A stretch of 64,000 bases of DNA from Octopus sinensis (Eukaryota): assembly GCF_006345805.1 (NCBI RefSeq), contig NC_043000.1, forward strand, positions 3,286,001 to 3,350,000, written 5' to 3'. Of the stretch, positions 35,775-47,930 are shown one piece after another. Each line of letters opens with the position of its first letter. The stretch's first letter is position 1. The translations under genes and the position numbers were made by a program. Under the pieces are notes generated by a model. That model was not told the origin of the DNA, made no database searches, and worked only from the letters and a program-made list of their open reading frames with translations.

Positions 35775-36589
35775 ACTAGCCTGTGGTTCAGTACTTCTGG
35801 TCTATCGGAAGGAACAGTGTCCATGGGCTTTGTAGGCCTTCCTGAAGAAGAGGTAACGTTGATGCCATTAGGGTTCTTTTGTACCTTACTAAGTCAAAAC
35901 GTGAGGAAAACATGAGAAAGAAGGAGATTCCAGAGAGCCAATAAAAGAAGACCCATGATAAAGCTGTTCCGACCACAACTATCTCATCCTTTCCTTGCAT
36001 ATTACATATCTAAGTCTGTCTGGTGCGTTCTTCTTTTTCAAGACAGTAGGATATAAATCTGAGTACAATATGACCATTATCTCTAGATCAATTAAGTATA
36101 GAGTGTCCCCTTTCTTGGCTCATATATAAATAGCAGTTGTCTATTATAAACACAACCACTCCTCATATTATTTTTAGTAGTCAGCTGAATGAAAGATATT
36201 TACTCTGGTGTGTTATGGATGGCAGAAAGTGGAGTGTTAAGCAAATTATTACAAAAATAATAGACATTATTTCCCTCATATTATTGTTTTGCTCCATGTG
36301 GGCATGGGTAGAACAAAATTTGCTGGGGCAGTATTTGACAACTGGATACCCTTCCTGTCATCAATCTTTATTCGTTTTTCAAATAAAGAACTTTTATTCC
36401 ACTGGTTTCCACATAAAACAAACAAATCCAGTGAGCTTTATCATGTATAAGAAATGTACATGATCATACCATTGTCCAAATGGTGTCAACATGAAAATAC
36501 ATGGTAGACACTCATGCACACACATAACACATACACACATGTGTATATGTCTGCTTGTGTGTGAGTGTTTACTTACCATGCTTTTTGAC

Positions 36590-36642
<53 letters not shown>

Positions 36643-36694
36643 TATATACATACATATATATATATACATTTATAAATACATATATGTATGTGTG

Positions 36695-36734
<40 letters not shown>

Positions 36735-36735
<1 letters not shown>

Positions 36736-37245
36736 GCTATTTTATTTATTTATAGTTGCCTAGACGTTTTTATGTGTATGTATAGGGTTATATATATAGG
36801 GGTGTGATTTAGTGTATGTAGTTAGATATGGTTATATATAATTAGGTATATGTGTATGGGTGTATATATAGTTTATTATATATTATTATTATTTTTTGTT
36901 TTGTTTTATATTTTATATTTTATATTTTATATTTTATATTTAATTGTTGATAGGTTTATTTTAGTTTATATATTGTTTATATATGATTATATATGGATTA
37001 TATATAGGTTATATATGGATTATATATTTATATTTTTTCGTTCATACTTTAATTATTTTAAAATTATTATTTTTATATTTTAAAATATTGATATTTTAGA
37101 TTGGAAGTCCACCTGAAGATTGTCGATCAAGACAAGAAACAATTGTAGTGGCGGTTTTTTTGACTATTTATTAAAATTTTATGTATTGATTAAGTCTTTC
37201 CTTGTTTGTTTTGCAAAATAGTGGTTTTGTCTCTAATAATATTTT
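36735..37245 (+). mobile_element. T-rich Penelope-like terminal-repeat remnant containing a canonical hammerhead
   Basis: Lies between two (TA)n tracts; hammerhead at 37109-37151. Confidence 0.5.
37109..37151 (+). ncRNA. Minimal type I hammerhead ribozyme
   Basis: CCAC-CUGAAGA-UUGUC(GAUCAA)GACAA-GAAA-C(AAUU)G-UA-GUGG: full core, stems I/II/III, GUA cleavage triplet, palindromic ACAAUUGU. Confidence 0.8.
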
Positions 37246-37268
37246 ATATATATATATATATATATACA

Positions 37269-39951
37269 CAGTAGATCCCGCTTTATAAATCCACCCACTT
37301 AATGTATCCAAAATGGGTTGGCATGGAATTTTTACACATAAGATCTCTCGGTTAATAAATCCAAATCATCGCTTAATAAATCCAATTGTCACTGCTCCTT
37401 CCTAAAGTTTCAACAAGTGACAGCAAACAAATGAAGTGCTTTTTGTTTCTGCTCTTAAATACTGACAGGTAGGCTCCAGCAGCCACAGCCAGCCAGCTGT
37501 CACGTGGTACACTCCATCATCCAAAAATAGATCAATAAATATGTAGTAGCTGGCAGTGGCTGTTGGACTCTACCCCCACAACCCTGTCATTCAAGTGAAA
37601 AAATAGGCTCCAAGACACCTCTTGTCAAAATTATGTGCCCTTCTCATCCATGTATACATCACGTGACAGCTGGTTGGTAGTGGTTGCTGGAGCCTACCTG
37701 TCAGTATTTAATGGTGAAAGAAATGACTCATTCATCATTCACACAGAGAGGCAGCCAAACATACAAGTTGTTCAGAATGTTCAAAATGAAAAGAGAGAGG
37801 CAGGACAAATCTATGGCAGAAAAGATTCAATTGTTAGAATGTTACAAAGCTCTTGGGAAAACAACTCAGTTGGCAAGCAGCACCGAGATTGGGAATTTCA
37901 AGAGGTCTGCTCCAGAATTTGCTAAAGAATGAGGATGACCTTCATGCCAAAGAACATGATAGCTGTTCATCAAAGAGAAAGTGCCAACGAGAGGGAAAAG
38001 ACCAACAGACAGACCATGCCCTCTACAATTGGCTTTATTTTATTCACTCAATAAATGTCCCTATCAATAGCCCGATGGTAATGCACAAAGCCAGCATCAT
38101 TGCTCAAGCTGCTGGACCTGATTTTAAGCCATCTGAAGGTTGGTTTTTACCATTGGCAAAAAAAGACATGGAATCTCTTTTATGGTTCTAAAAGGCAAGC
38201 ATTGTAGTTCACTAGTTCACATTTTTCTCTTTAGAGAACACAAACTAAATATTTCATACATTGCAGGTGATGCAGCTGAATGCAGCTGACGTCAATGGAA
38301 CCCATCAATTTCATGAGTCAACCATGCAGCTTCTGTTGAAATCGTATTGGCCACAGGACATCTAAAACGCTGATGAAACTGGGATCTTCTTTTGTGCATT
38401 ACCAGGAAATACATATGTCAAAGAGAGTTGCAGGAAAACTGTGTGGGACTTTAAGACAGCAAAGGGCCATATGACCTTGATGGTAGCCTGCAACATGAAT
38501 GGAGACAAAGAAAACTTGCTCTTAATCGGAAGGGCCGGTTTGCCAAGATGCTTCAAAAGTGTCAAAACATTTCTGATTCAGTACAACTTTTCAACCAATG
38601 CTTGGATGACAGAAAAGATCTATGGAAGATGGTTCAGATCTTGGGATCATCGTTTGCAGGAATCTGGAAGACAAGTGGTGGTCCTACTTCACAATTGTTC
38701 TTCTCATGTAGTCATTGATGATCTCAAGAATATCACTTTAAATTTGCTTCCTCCCAACAACATCAGTGCTGCAGCACTGTGACATGGGGATAATCAAGAC
38801 CTTGAAAGACTACTTTAGACAGGAAATGTGCAAGAAGATCACTGACGTTATGGAAGACACTGAACATGACATTTTTGCCCAAGAAGTTACAAAGCAGATC
38901 ACCATTTTGGATGCCATGTACACGTTAAGCGTAGCTAGGAAGAAGGTCTCTAGCCAGACAATCAAAGATTGTTGGATCAAAGCTGGTTTTATTTCAGCCA
39001 AAGAACCAAATGATGCCACAGATGTTAGTGAAGATTTGTTCCTGCCTTCACCACCTACTGGACTGACCAAAAAGCAATTCTACAACTGATTGTCTGTAGA
39101 TGATGGTGTTGTTGTTGCTCCGGAGATCATCACTAAAGAAGAAAAACTAGATGAGATCATTCATGACATTTGGCAATCTGAGAAGGAAACCAAAGGAGAT
39201 GAAGATGGCGATTCCGACATTACTCTTTTACTTGTTTCAGTCATTTGATTGTGGCCATGCTGGAGCACCACCTTTAATCAAGCAAATCAACCCCAGGACT
39301 TAGTCTTTGTAAGCCTAGTACTTATTCTATCGGTCTATTTTGCCAAACCGCTAAGTTATGGGGACGTAAACACTCCAGCATCGGTTGTCAAGCGATGTTG
39401 GGGGGGGGGGACAAACACAGACAGACAAACACACATATATATACATATATATATGACGGGCTTCTTTCAGCTTCTGTCTACCAAATCCACTCACAATGCT
39501 TTGGTCGGCCCGAGGCTATAGTAGAAGACACTTGCCCAAGGTGCCACGCAGTGGGACTGAGCCTGGAACTATGTGGTTGGTAAGCAAGCTACTTACCACA
39601 CAGCCACTCCTGATGAAAGAGTTCCGGAGCCTCCAACACCAGCTGAAATGAGACACTATCTAAGAACTCAATTAGAAAGTGACTTTGAAAGTTTTGATTT
39701 CAGTGACATGAATCTTTATAGAACTCTTAAGGAAAAGAAATCAGTGCAGAGTTGCGAACAAAGCATCCAGCAAAGCAAACAACACTTGAAAAATTTTTCT
39801 TTCATGACACTGTTTATAATGTTTTTATTCGTGTATTCACGTATGTATGTATTTTAATAAATACACGTGTTTAATCAGTCGGCGAATTTTGTTCCTTCAG
39901 TTAATAAATCCAAAATAGGCAGTCCCAAATGGATTTATAAAGCAGGATCTA
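37269..39951 (+). mobile_element. Tigger/pogo DNA transposon with a decayed transposase (about 37776-39760)
   Basis: TIRs CAGTAGATCCCGCTTTATAAATCCA / TGGATTTATAAAGCAGGATCTA; CENP-B-type HTH (AEKIQLLE, DFKPSEGWF); DDE_1 motifs DETG, NAWMT, LLPPN, CDMGII. Confidence 0.85.
39221..39612 (-). mobile_element. SINE family A nested in the Tigger transposase
   Basis: Transposase-like frame resumes after the SINE (DERVPEPPTPAEM). Confidence 0.85.
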
Positions 39952-39952
39952 A

Positions 39953-40332
39953 TCAAAAATCAAAATCAAAATCAAAATCGATCAACATCAATGGAAATTG
40001 TTGCTGTGATACCAGTGCCGGTGGCACGTAAGAGAACCACCCGAATGTGACCGTTGCCAGCGCTGCCCCGACTGGCCTCCGTGCCGGTGACACGTAAAAA
40101 GCACCATCTGATCATGGCCGTTGCCAGCCTCGCCTGGCCTCCATGCCGGTGGCACGTAAAAAGCACCCACTACACTCTCAGACTGGTTGGCGTTAGGAAG
40201 GGCATCCAGCCGTAGAAACATTGCCAAATCAGACTGGGCCTGGTGCAGCCATCTGGCTTCCCAGACCCCAGTTGAACCGTCCAACCCATGCTAGCATGGA
40301 AAGCGGACACTAAACGATGATGATGATGATGA
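39953..40332 (+). mobile_element. RTE LINE 3'-end copy abutting the Tigger right TIR
   Basis: 3' UTR units plus (GAT)n. Confidence 0.85.
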
Positions 40333-40342
40333 TATATATATA

Positions 40343-40405
<63 letters not shown>

Positions 40406-40415
40406 TAGATAGATA

Positions 40416-40493
<78 letters not shown>

Positions 40494-40494
<1 letters not shown>

Positions 40495-40819
40495 CTGGCA
40501 CTCCATCAGCTACAACAACAAGAGTTCCAGTTGATTTGATCAATGGAACAGTCTGCTTGTGAAATTAACATGCAAGTGGCTGAGCACTCCACAAACATGT
40601 ATACCCTTAATGTAGTTCCCAGGGAGATTCAGCATGACATACAATGTGACAAGGCTAGCCCTTCAAATTACAGGTACTACTCATATTTGCCAGTGAGTGG
40701 ATGGAGTAATGTGAAATAAAGTGTCTTATACAAGGACACAACACACTGCCAGGAATAGAACACACACCCTTATAATTGCAAGCTGAATTCCCCTAACCAC
40801 TAAGCCATGCACCCTCACA
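40494..40819 (-). mobile_element. tRNA-derived SINE, tail type C
   Basis: Homology to 9510-9896. Confidence 0.7.
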
Positions 40820-40863
40820 TATACATATGTTTGTATGTATGGATGGATGTATGTATGTATGGA

Positions 40864-40909
<46 letters not shown>

Positions 40910-40939
40910 CACATACACACACATATATACAAATATATG

Positions 40940-41140
40940 TCTTTTAGTCTTTTACTTGTTTCAGTCATTTGACTGCAGCCATGCTGGAGCACTGCCTTTA
41001 GTTGAGCAAATCGACCCCAGGACTTGTTCTTTGTAAGCCTAGTACTTATTCTATCGGTCTCTTTTGCCAAACCACTAAGTTACAGGGATGTAAACACACC
41101 AGCATCAGTTGTCAAGTGATGTTGGGGGAACAAACACACA
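40940..41140 (-). mobile_element. SINE family A, 3' half
   Basis: Homology to family A. Confidence 0.8.
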
Positions 41141-41147
41141 CACACAC

Positions 41148-41210
<63 letters not shown>

Positions 41211-41647
41211 AGTCATAATCCGGTCGCGAAATGGGTCGGTCTTGTTGCGTAAAAGAAGGGAAGGCGACACTTCAATAGTAGTAATAGTAGTACTGGTGGC
41301 AGTGTAGTAGCAGCAGCAGCAAAAGGAAGAGGCAAAGGAAGGGAGGAATTTCCATGAAAGTCTAGAAGGAGCCCTTAAAGTTCAGCAGTTCTCAATCTGA
41401 CAAATACACCTTACCCAGTACTGTGGAATGTTTATGCCCCTGCCTACCTCATTATTAATGAGAAAACAAAACAACATTTGTGAGGTATATTTGCCATCTC
41501 AATATGGCTAACCACTAAGGGTGGGTGTTACTGTAGCTTGTAGCCCCAGGAGACCATCGTTTCCAGCTGGAGATGGCAAATATACCTCACATTGTCGTGC
41601 AGTTACTGTTTATACCTCTTTCAGAGATTTATTATTGAAAACAACAG

Positions 41648-42058
41648 CAGGAGTGGCTGTGTGGTAAGTAGCTTGCTTACCAACCACATGGTTCCGGGTT
41701 CAGTCCCACTGTGTGGCATCTTGGGCAAGTGTCTTCTGCTATGGCCCCGGGCCGACCAATGCCTTGAGAGTGGATTTGGTAGACGGAAACTGAAAGAAGC
41801 CTGTCGTATATATGTATATATATATATATATATGTGTGTGTGTTTGTGTGTCTGTGTTTGTCCCCCTAGCATTGCTTGACAACCGATGCTGGTGTGTTTA
41901 CGTCCCCCGTCACTTAGCGGTTCGGCAAAATAGACCGACAGAATAAGTACTGGGCTTACAAAGAATAAGTCCCGGGGTCGATTTACTCGACTAAAGGTGG
42001 TGCTCCAGCATGGCCGCAGTCAAATGACTGAAACAAGTAAAAAAGAGAGTAAAGAGTA
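41648..42058 (+). mobile_element. SINE family A
   Basis: Full-length copy. Confidence 0.9.
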
Positions 42059-42919
42059 TTTGCATTCACACAATTTGTCTTTCATCTCCATGGTTTTAGG
42101 GCAAACTTAAAAAGCTTCAAACCATCTTAACTTTTCTTAAAAATATGGCAGGTTCTTTTTTTTTTGGCCCATTTTTCAATCTAAGGCCACACACTATGTG
42201 AAACTGGTAATAATTGATAAACATTTCCTTATTAACTTTGAAGTAAATTATACCGATAACAGCATTTTAAATCTGTATATATAGTTAATTATTAGCATTA
42301 ATGACAAGCAAAATGTCTAAAAATAAGTTGTCATCATCATCGTTTTAACGTCCACTTTTCCATGTTTGCATGAGTTGGATGGAATTTGCTGGAATGGATT
42401 TACTATGGGTGGACCCCCTTCCCGTTGCCAGCCCTCACCTGCTTCAAAGTAAGGTAATATTTCCCCATGACTAGAGATGTGGCAGTGACATATGTTTACA
42501 AATATCATGTGATGTCAAAGCAGGAGACAGTAACACACATGTGTGTGTACACACACACAATATGTGAGTGTGATGGGCTTTAAGTTTCCATCTACCAAAT
42601 CTACTCACAAGGCTTTGGTTGGCCTTGGGCCAGAATAGAAGATAATTGCCCAAAGTGTCATGCAGTAGGACTGAACCTGAAACCATGTGGTTCAGAAGAA
42701 AACTTCTTGCACTGCCATACCTGCAGCTTGTAATCCTTTTAATCTGTGTATAGTAAATTATTAATTTGATAATTATTGTAGACATGCACGCTCTGTCTTA
42801 AAAATCTGTTCAGTTATATTATTTGTTTATTCTTCTTAAATACTTACCACATTGCTTTTGTGTCTAATACTTAATTTAAGAGAATATTTTTTAATTGTTT
42901 TATAAACTTCCACACACAG

Positions 42920-43675
42920 TAGTCACGGCCGATGCCAGTGCAGCCTGACTGGCACCCATGCCAGTGGCATGTAAAAGGCACCATTTGAGAATGGTCAATG
43001 CCAGAGCTACCTGACAAACTCCTGTGCTGGTGGCATGTAAAAAGCACCATTCGAGCATGGTCAATGCCAGTGCCACCTGACTGGCTCTTATTCCAGTAGC
43101 ATGTAAAATACACCATTTGAGTGTGGTGGATGCCAGTGTTGCCTGACTGGCTCCTGTGCTGGTGACATATAAAAAGCACCATTCAAGCGTGGTCGATGTC
43201 AGTGCCACCTGACTAGCTCCCGTGTCGGTGGCATGTAAAAAGCACCATTTGAGCCTGGTTGATGCCAGTGCTGCTTGACTGGCTCCCATGCTGGTGATAC
43301 GTAAAAAGTACCATTCATGCATGGTTGATGTCAGTGCCACCTGACTAGCTCTTGTGTCGGTAGTATGTAAAACAGCACCATTTGAGTGTGGTCAATACCA
43401 GTGCTGGTGGCACGTAAGAAACACCATTCAAATATGGTCAGTGCCAGTGCTGCTTGACTAGCTCCCGTGCTTGTGGCATGTAAAAAGCACCCACTACACT
43501 CTCAGAGTGGTTGGTGTTAGGAAGTGCATCCAGCTGTAGAAACCTTGCCAGATCAGATTGGAGCCTGGTGCAGCCTACTGGCTTGCCAGTCCTCCCGTCA
43601 AATTGTTCAACCCATGCCAGCATGGAAAGCAGACATTAAACGAGGAGGAGGAGGTGGAGGAGGAGGAGGAGGATA
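42920..43675 (+). mobile_element. RTE LINE 3'-end copy with 9 tandem units of about 66 bp and a (GAG)n tail
   Basis: Nine TAAAAAGCACC-like motifs, mostly about 66 bp apart. Confidence 0.85.
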
Positions 43676-44086
43676 ACAAACTTTCTCCTTAAAACTCAAA
43701 ATTATTATATTAAAAATAGAAATAAAGAAATTAAGTGTTCTTTATGTATACATACTTTCGCCAGTCACTCCTTTCTAAAATGTCAACCCACTGGTATTCC
43801 TTTCCCATCAATATATTCCCCCCCACCCCCCCACCCACCATCACAAACATTAATTTTCAGATGTTTAAATTGAATATCAACCACATTAATTTCACCAATC
43901 TTGGTGGAGAGAGCTCCGAAGGCCATGTGTACTGCACTCTGTCTTCTGACTAAATCTATGAAAATGTATTGAAAAATTAGTTTTTCTGCATTAACAGATT
44001 TTTAAAATTTAATAAAAAATGTAAGTTGGAATGTTACAGAACTGGTCCAGAAACCTTTTTATACCATCTCATATCTATTTTATCCA

Positions 44087-44477
44087 TTTTATCTTATTAC
44101 TTGTTTCAGTCATTAGACTGTGGCCATGCTGGGGCACCACTTTGAGGAATTTTAGTCAAACTAATCAATCTCAGTACTTATTTTTATTAAAGCCTGGTGC
44201 TTATTCTATCAGTCTCTTTTACCAAACTGTTAAGTTATGAGGATGTAAACACACAAACATCAGTTATTAAGTGGGGGTGGGAGACAAACACAGACACAAA
44301 CACACACACACACACACACACACATAGACACTCACGATGGGCTGCTCTCAGTTTCAGTCGACCAAATCCTGAGGCTATATAAGAAGACACTTGCCCAAAG
44401 TTTGACACAGCAAAATTGAACCCGGAACTACGTGATTGGGAAACAAACTTCTTACCACACAGCCATGCCTGCACCTA
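44087..44477 (-). mobile_element. SINE family A (degenerate)
   Basis: Homology to family A. Confidence 0.8.
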
Positions 44478-44481
44478 ATAT

Positions 44482-44878
44482 ATAGGCATGGCTGTGTGGT
44501 AAGAAGCTTGCTTCCAAACTACATGGTTCCAGGTTCAGGCCCACTGTATGTTACCTTAGGCAAGTGTCTTCTACTATAGCCTTGGGCTGACCAAAACCTT
44601 ATGAGTAGATTTGGAAGATGGAAACTGAAAGAAGCACATTGTATATATATGTATGTGCATATATGCTTGTGTGTTTGTCCCCTACCATTACTTGACAACC
44701 AATGTTGGTGTGTTTACATCCCCGTAACTTAGTGGTTTGGCAAAAGAGACCAATAGAATAAGTACTGGACTTACAAAGAATAAGTCTTGGGGGCGGTCTG
44801 TTTCAGTAAAACCCCTTGAAGTGGTGCTCCAGCATGGCCACAGTCAAATGACTGAAACAAGTAAAAGAATAAAAGAAT
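44482..44878 (+). mobile_element. SINE family A (head-to-head with the previous copy)
   Basis: Homology to family A. Confidence 0.8.
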
Positions 44879-44903
44879 ATATATATATATATACACACAC
44901 ACA

Positions 44904-45124
44904 CAAGAGGTTAGTGAAAAGTGAAAAGTTCCTGGTTTTAAAGGTATTGCAAAAATCCTGGTTGGAGGCCCAACCTTCCAAGTTCTTTTACAGGGTTTAG
45001 AAAAACTAAAAACCACTGTATTAAGTGTGTGAATCTGAGAGGGGAATATGTTGTATGAAATCATAATTAGCTGATCCTCCTCTATTTTCTTTTACCCAAA
45101 GCCAGGAACTTTTCAGCATCCCCG
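44904..45124 (+). mobile_element. Mariner-derived non-autonomous element
   Basis: TIR cores TGAAAAGTTCCTGG / CCAGGAACTTTTCA; C-terminal remnants WLEAQPSKFF and KCVNLRGEYV. Confidence 0.75.
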
Positions 45125-45271
45125 AAATTGCGAGGATGATCCGGTTCTTGACTTAAGATTAAATGCTTCAAATGACCCGTCCGTATTTTTTGTATTGTCT
45201 ACCTGGATATTTTGCATTCTTGTCCCATTTTGTATATATATATAATATATATATATATATTATATATATAT

Positions 45272-45404
<133 letters not shown>

Positions 45405-45627
45405 CTATGTGTGTGTCTTTGTGTGGTGTGTTTACATCCCTGTTAATTAGCAGTTCAGCAAAAGAAACTAATAGATTAAGTACTAAAAAAATATGTATTG
45501 AAGTTGATTTGTCTGACAAAACCCTTCAAGGCAGTGCCTCACCATAGCTGCAGTCCAATGACTGAAACAAGAAAAAGATAAAAAAATAAAAAGAGATGTG
45601 TGTTACTCATCTATATTCCTAATTATA

Positions 45628-45858
45628 AGGCGAGCTGGCAAAAACGTTAGCACGCCGGGCGAAATGCGTAGCCGTATTTCGTCTGCCGTTACGTTCTGAG
45701 TTCAAATTCCGCCGAGGTCGACTTTGCCTTTCATCCTTTCGGGGTCGATAAATTAAGTACCAGTTACGTACTGGGGTCGATGTAATCGACTTAATCCGTT
45801 TGTCTGTCCTTGTTTGTCCCCTCTGTGTTTAGCCTCTTGTGGGTAGTAAAGAAAGAAA
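45628..45858 (+). mobile_element. SINE family B (tail B1)
   Basis: 16-bp TSD TATATTCCTAATTATA at 45612-45627 and 45859-45874. Confidence 0.9.
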
Positions 45859-46894
45859 TATATTCCTAATTATATAATGACATTATTTATCAGTCATTAA
45901 GGCTTTACAAGTTGAATCTACAGAGTCAAAGCTCACTGATAGTACAATTTCTATAGCAGTTGTCCTCATTTCTGTTTGAGTAACAGCTTGTCCATGTTAC
46001 AGGTTAGGGTAATATACCCATTTTACAATTAATAGAACAAGGTGACCCTATTCCAGGTTGACAAAGTGTATCTCTACATTAAAAGCTGGCACAATTTATA
46101 CAAAACTAAACTTAATCGTAACCTTTTATTCTTTATGAATGTTACTTAGAAGATAAGATATAAAGGCATTAGATAATTAAAAAATGCATGATTTCTTACA
46201 CTCCAATATATTAGGAATATATTGCTCCCGACAAGCTGGCATTGCAGCAGAAATGTGATTAGTACTGTTATTATTGGTCTACTAATTATTGTAGCCCATT
46301 ATCTGTTTATTGAGTCAATATAGACAATATGACATTAAATATTAAATAAACAGCTTATTAACTTCCTTCATCTAGATGTAGACACTGTTCATATTCGGCT
46401 GGAGCCAGAGAGTAGCAGTGAATTCTTCACAAACAACGTAATATCATTTCCAGGTTGCTTTAAACTGAATAATGCCATAAATCTTCCTCTCTTTCCTTTT
46501 CTCTCTATCACAGATTTTGGGTCACCAATTCACAGGATGTACATATGTGATTACAATAGTTGATGGAGTTCATTATGAGTTATGAGACTGCACAGCAGGT
46601 GAGAAACGTTTAACATATGTTAATATGTATAGAGGTAGTGTAGTTACTACAACAAACATATTAATGGAACTGCTGCTTACCTCAGTTATTATATGGTAAC
46701 ATGTGTAATGTCAACTCAGTCAATTATCAATTATTTACACATTTTCCTTTGTTTTTTCATTTTTTTTTTACCTGATTAAGTCTTGAGGAACAAACAATGT
46801 CCATGGACTTCACATATCCTCTAAGAGTGGTAAGCCATTAACATTCATTTAAGCTGTTGTAAGTTGACAGTTGTATTCTGAAGAGGAAAGTGTT

Positions 46895-47470
46895 GGTATG
46901 GCTGTGTGGTTAAAAGGCTGTTATGCAATCACGTGGCTTCAGGTTCAGTCCCATTACACAGTACTTTGGATAAGTGTCTTCTACTATAGCTCCAAGCCAA
47001 CCAATGTCTCATGATTGAATTTGGTAGACAGAAACTGGAGAAGCCTAAGAGCGATGAGCTGGCAGAAACGTTAGCACACCAGGCGAAATGCTTAGCGGTA
47101 TTTCATCTGCCACTACGTTCTGAGTTCAAATTCCGCCGAGGTCGACTTTGCCTTTCATCCTTTCGGGGTCGATTAAATAAGTACCAGTTATGCACTGGGG
47201 TCGATGTAATTGTCTGTCCTTGTTTGTCCCCTCTGTGTGTGTGTGTGTGTGGTGGTGGGGAGTGTCTTTGCTTGTCCCACAGCCCCTGCTTGGCAACTAG
47301 TATCGATTTGTTTATGCTCCCATAATTTAGTGGTTTGGTAAAAGAGACCACTAGAATAATCACCAAATTTAAAAATAATTATTGGGGTTGATGTGTTCAA
47401 CTAAATCCTTTAAAGGTGGTGCTTCAGCTAAACCACAGTCTAGATGCTAAAATAAGTAAAACAAAAGGTT
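46895..47470 (+). mobile_element. Degenerate SINE A with a SINE B (47049-47235) inserted in its middle
   Basis: A 5' half, then B, then A 3' half. Confidence 0.75.
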
Positions 47471-47479
47471 AAAAGACCA

Positions 47480-47930
47480 AGCTAACTATTAGCAAGGAGC
47501 CTGGTGGGGTTGACAAAACAAGCTTGGGACTAGCCAGCTCTGAGGAGCAGAAGCCTTTGTAGTGACAATAGAAACAGCAGACAGAGAAGACATCTGTGGG
47601 TCAGAGGTCAATCAGTCAAATGGCCTTTCTTGGAATATAGTTTGTGATGTCTGTGTGTGTAGCAGCAACACCACCCTATAAAATGAGAGCATTAATTCAT
47701 TGTGAGCATTACTTGAGCTTAGCTGAGGATCAGTAATTGTTGCAGGGCTGAAGTATAATTAAACTCTAAAGAGGAAGGCCAGTCTCTGAAAAATTGTTCA
47801 AGATATGTTAAAGATGTGCAATCACTTGAGAGATTTTCAGTGATTGTGAAATCTAGCACTTTGAGCTTCTCATGTTTAAGATGCCATAAAGTGGAATGAT
47901 GCTTTCTTGATATGAGAAATACTTGTACTT
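47480..47930 (-). pseudogene. Possible highly decayed LINE endonuclease fragment
   Basis: Only weak motif resemblance (GGVAA...FYC). Confidence 0.25.

Noticed and set aside
41200-41360. CpG-containing segment encoding a Ser/Gly/Ala-rich peptide
   Set aside because: Short trinucleotide runs, stops in each frame, no splice support
42920-43500. Regularly spaced repeats resembling a CRISPR array (also 22973-23440 and 28518-28735)
   Set aside because: The intervening sequence is homologous between units (tandem repeats), there are no unique spacers or cas genes, and the context is eukaryotic
46514-46598. Plus-strand segment with a strong acceptor and GTGAGA donor
   Set aside because: Stops in all three frames and no partner exons; at most a non-coding exon
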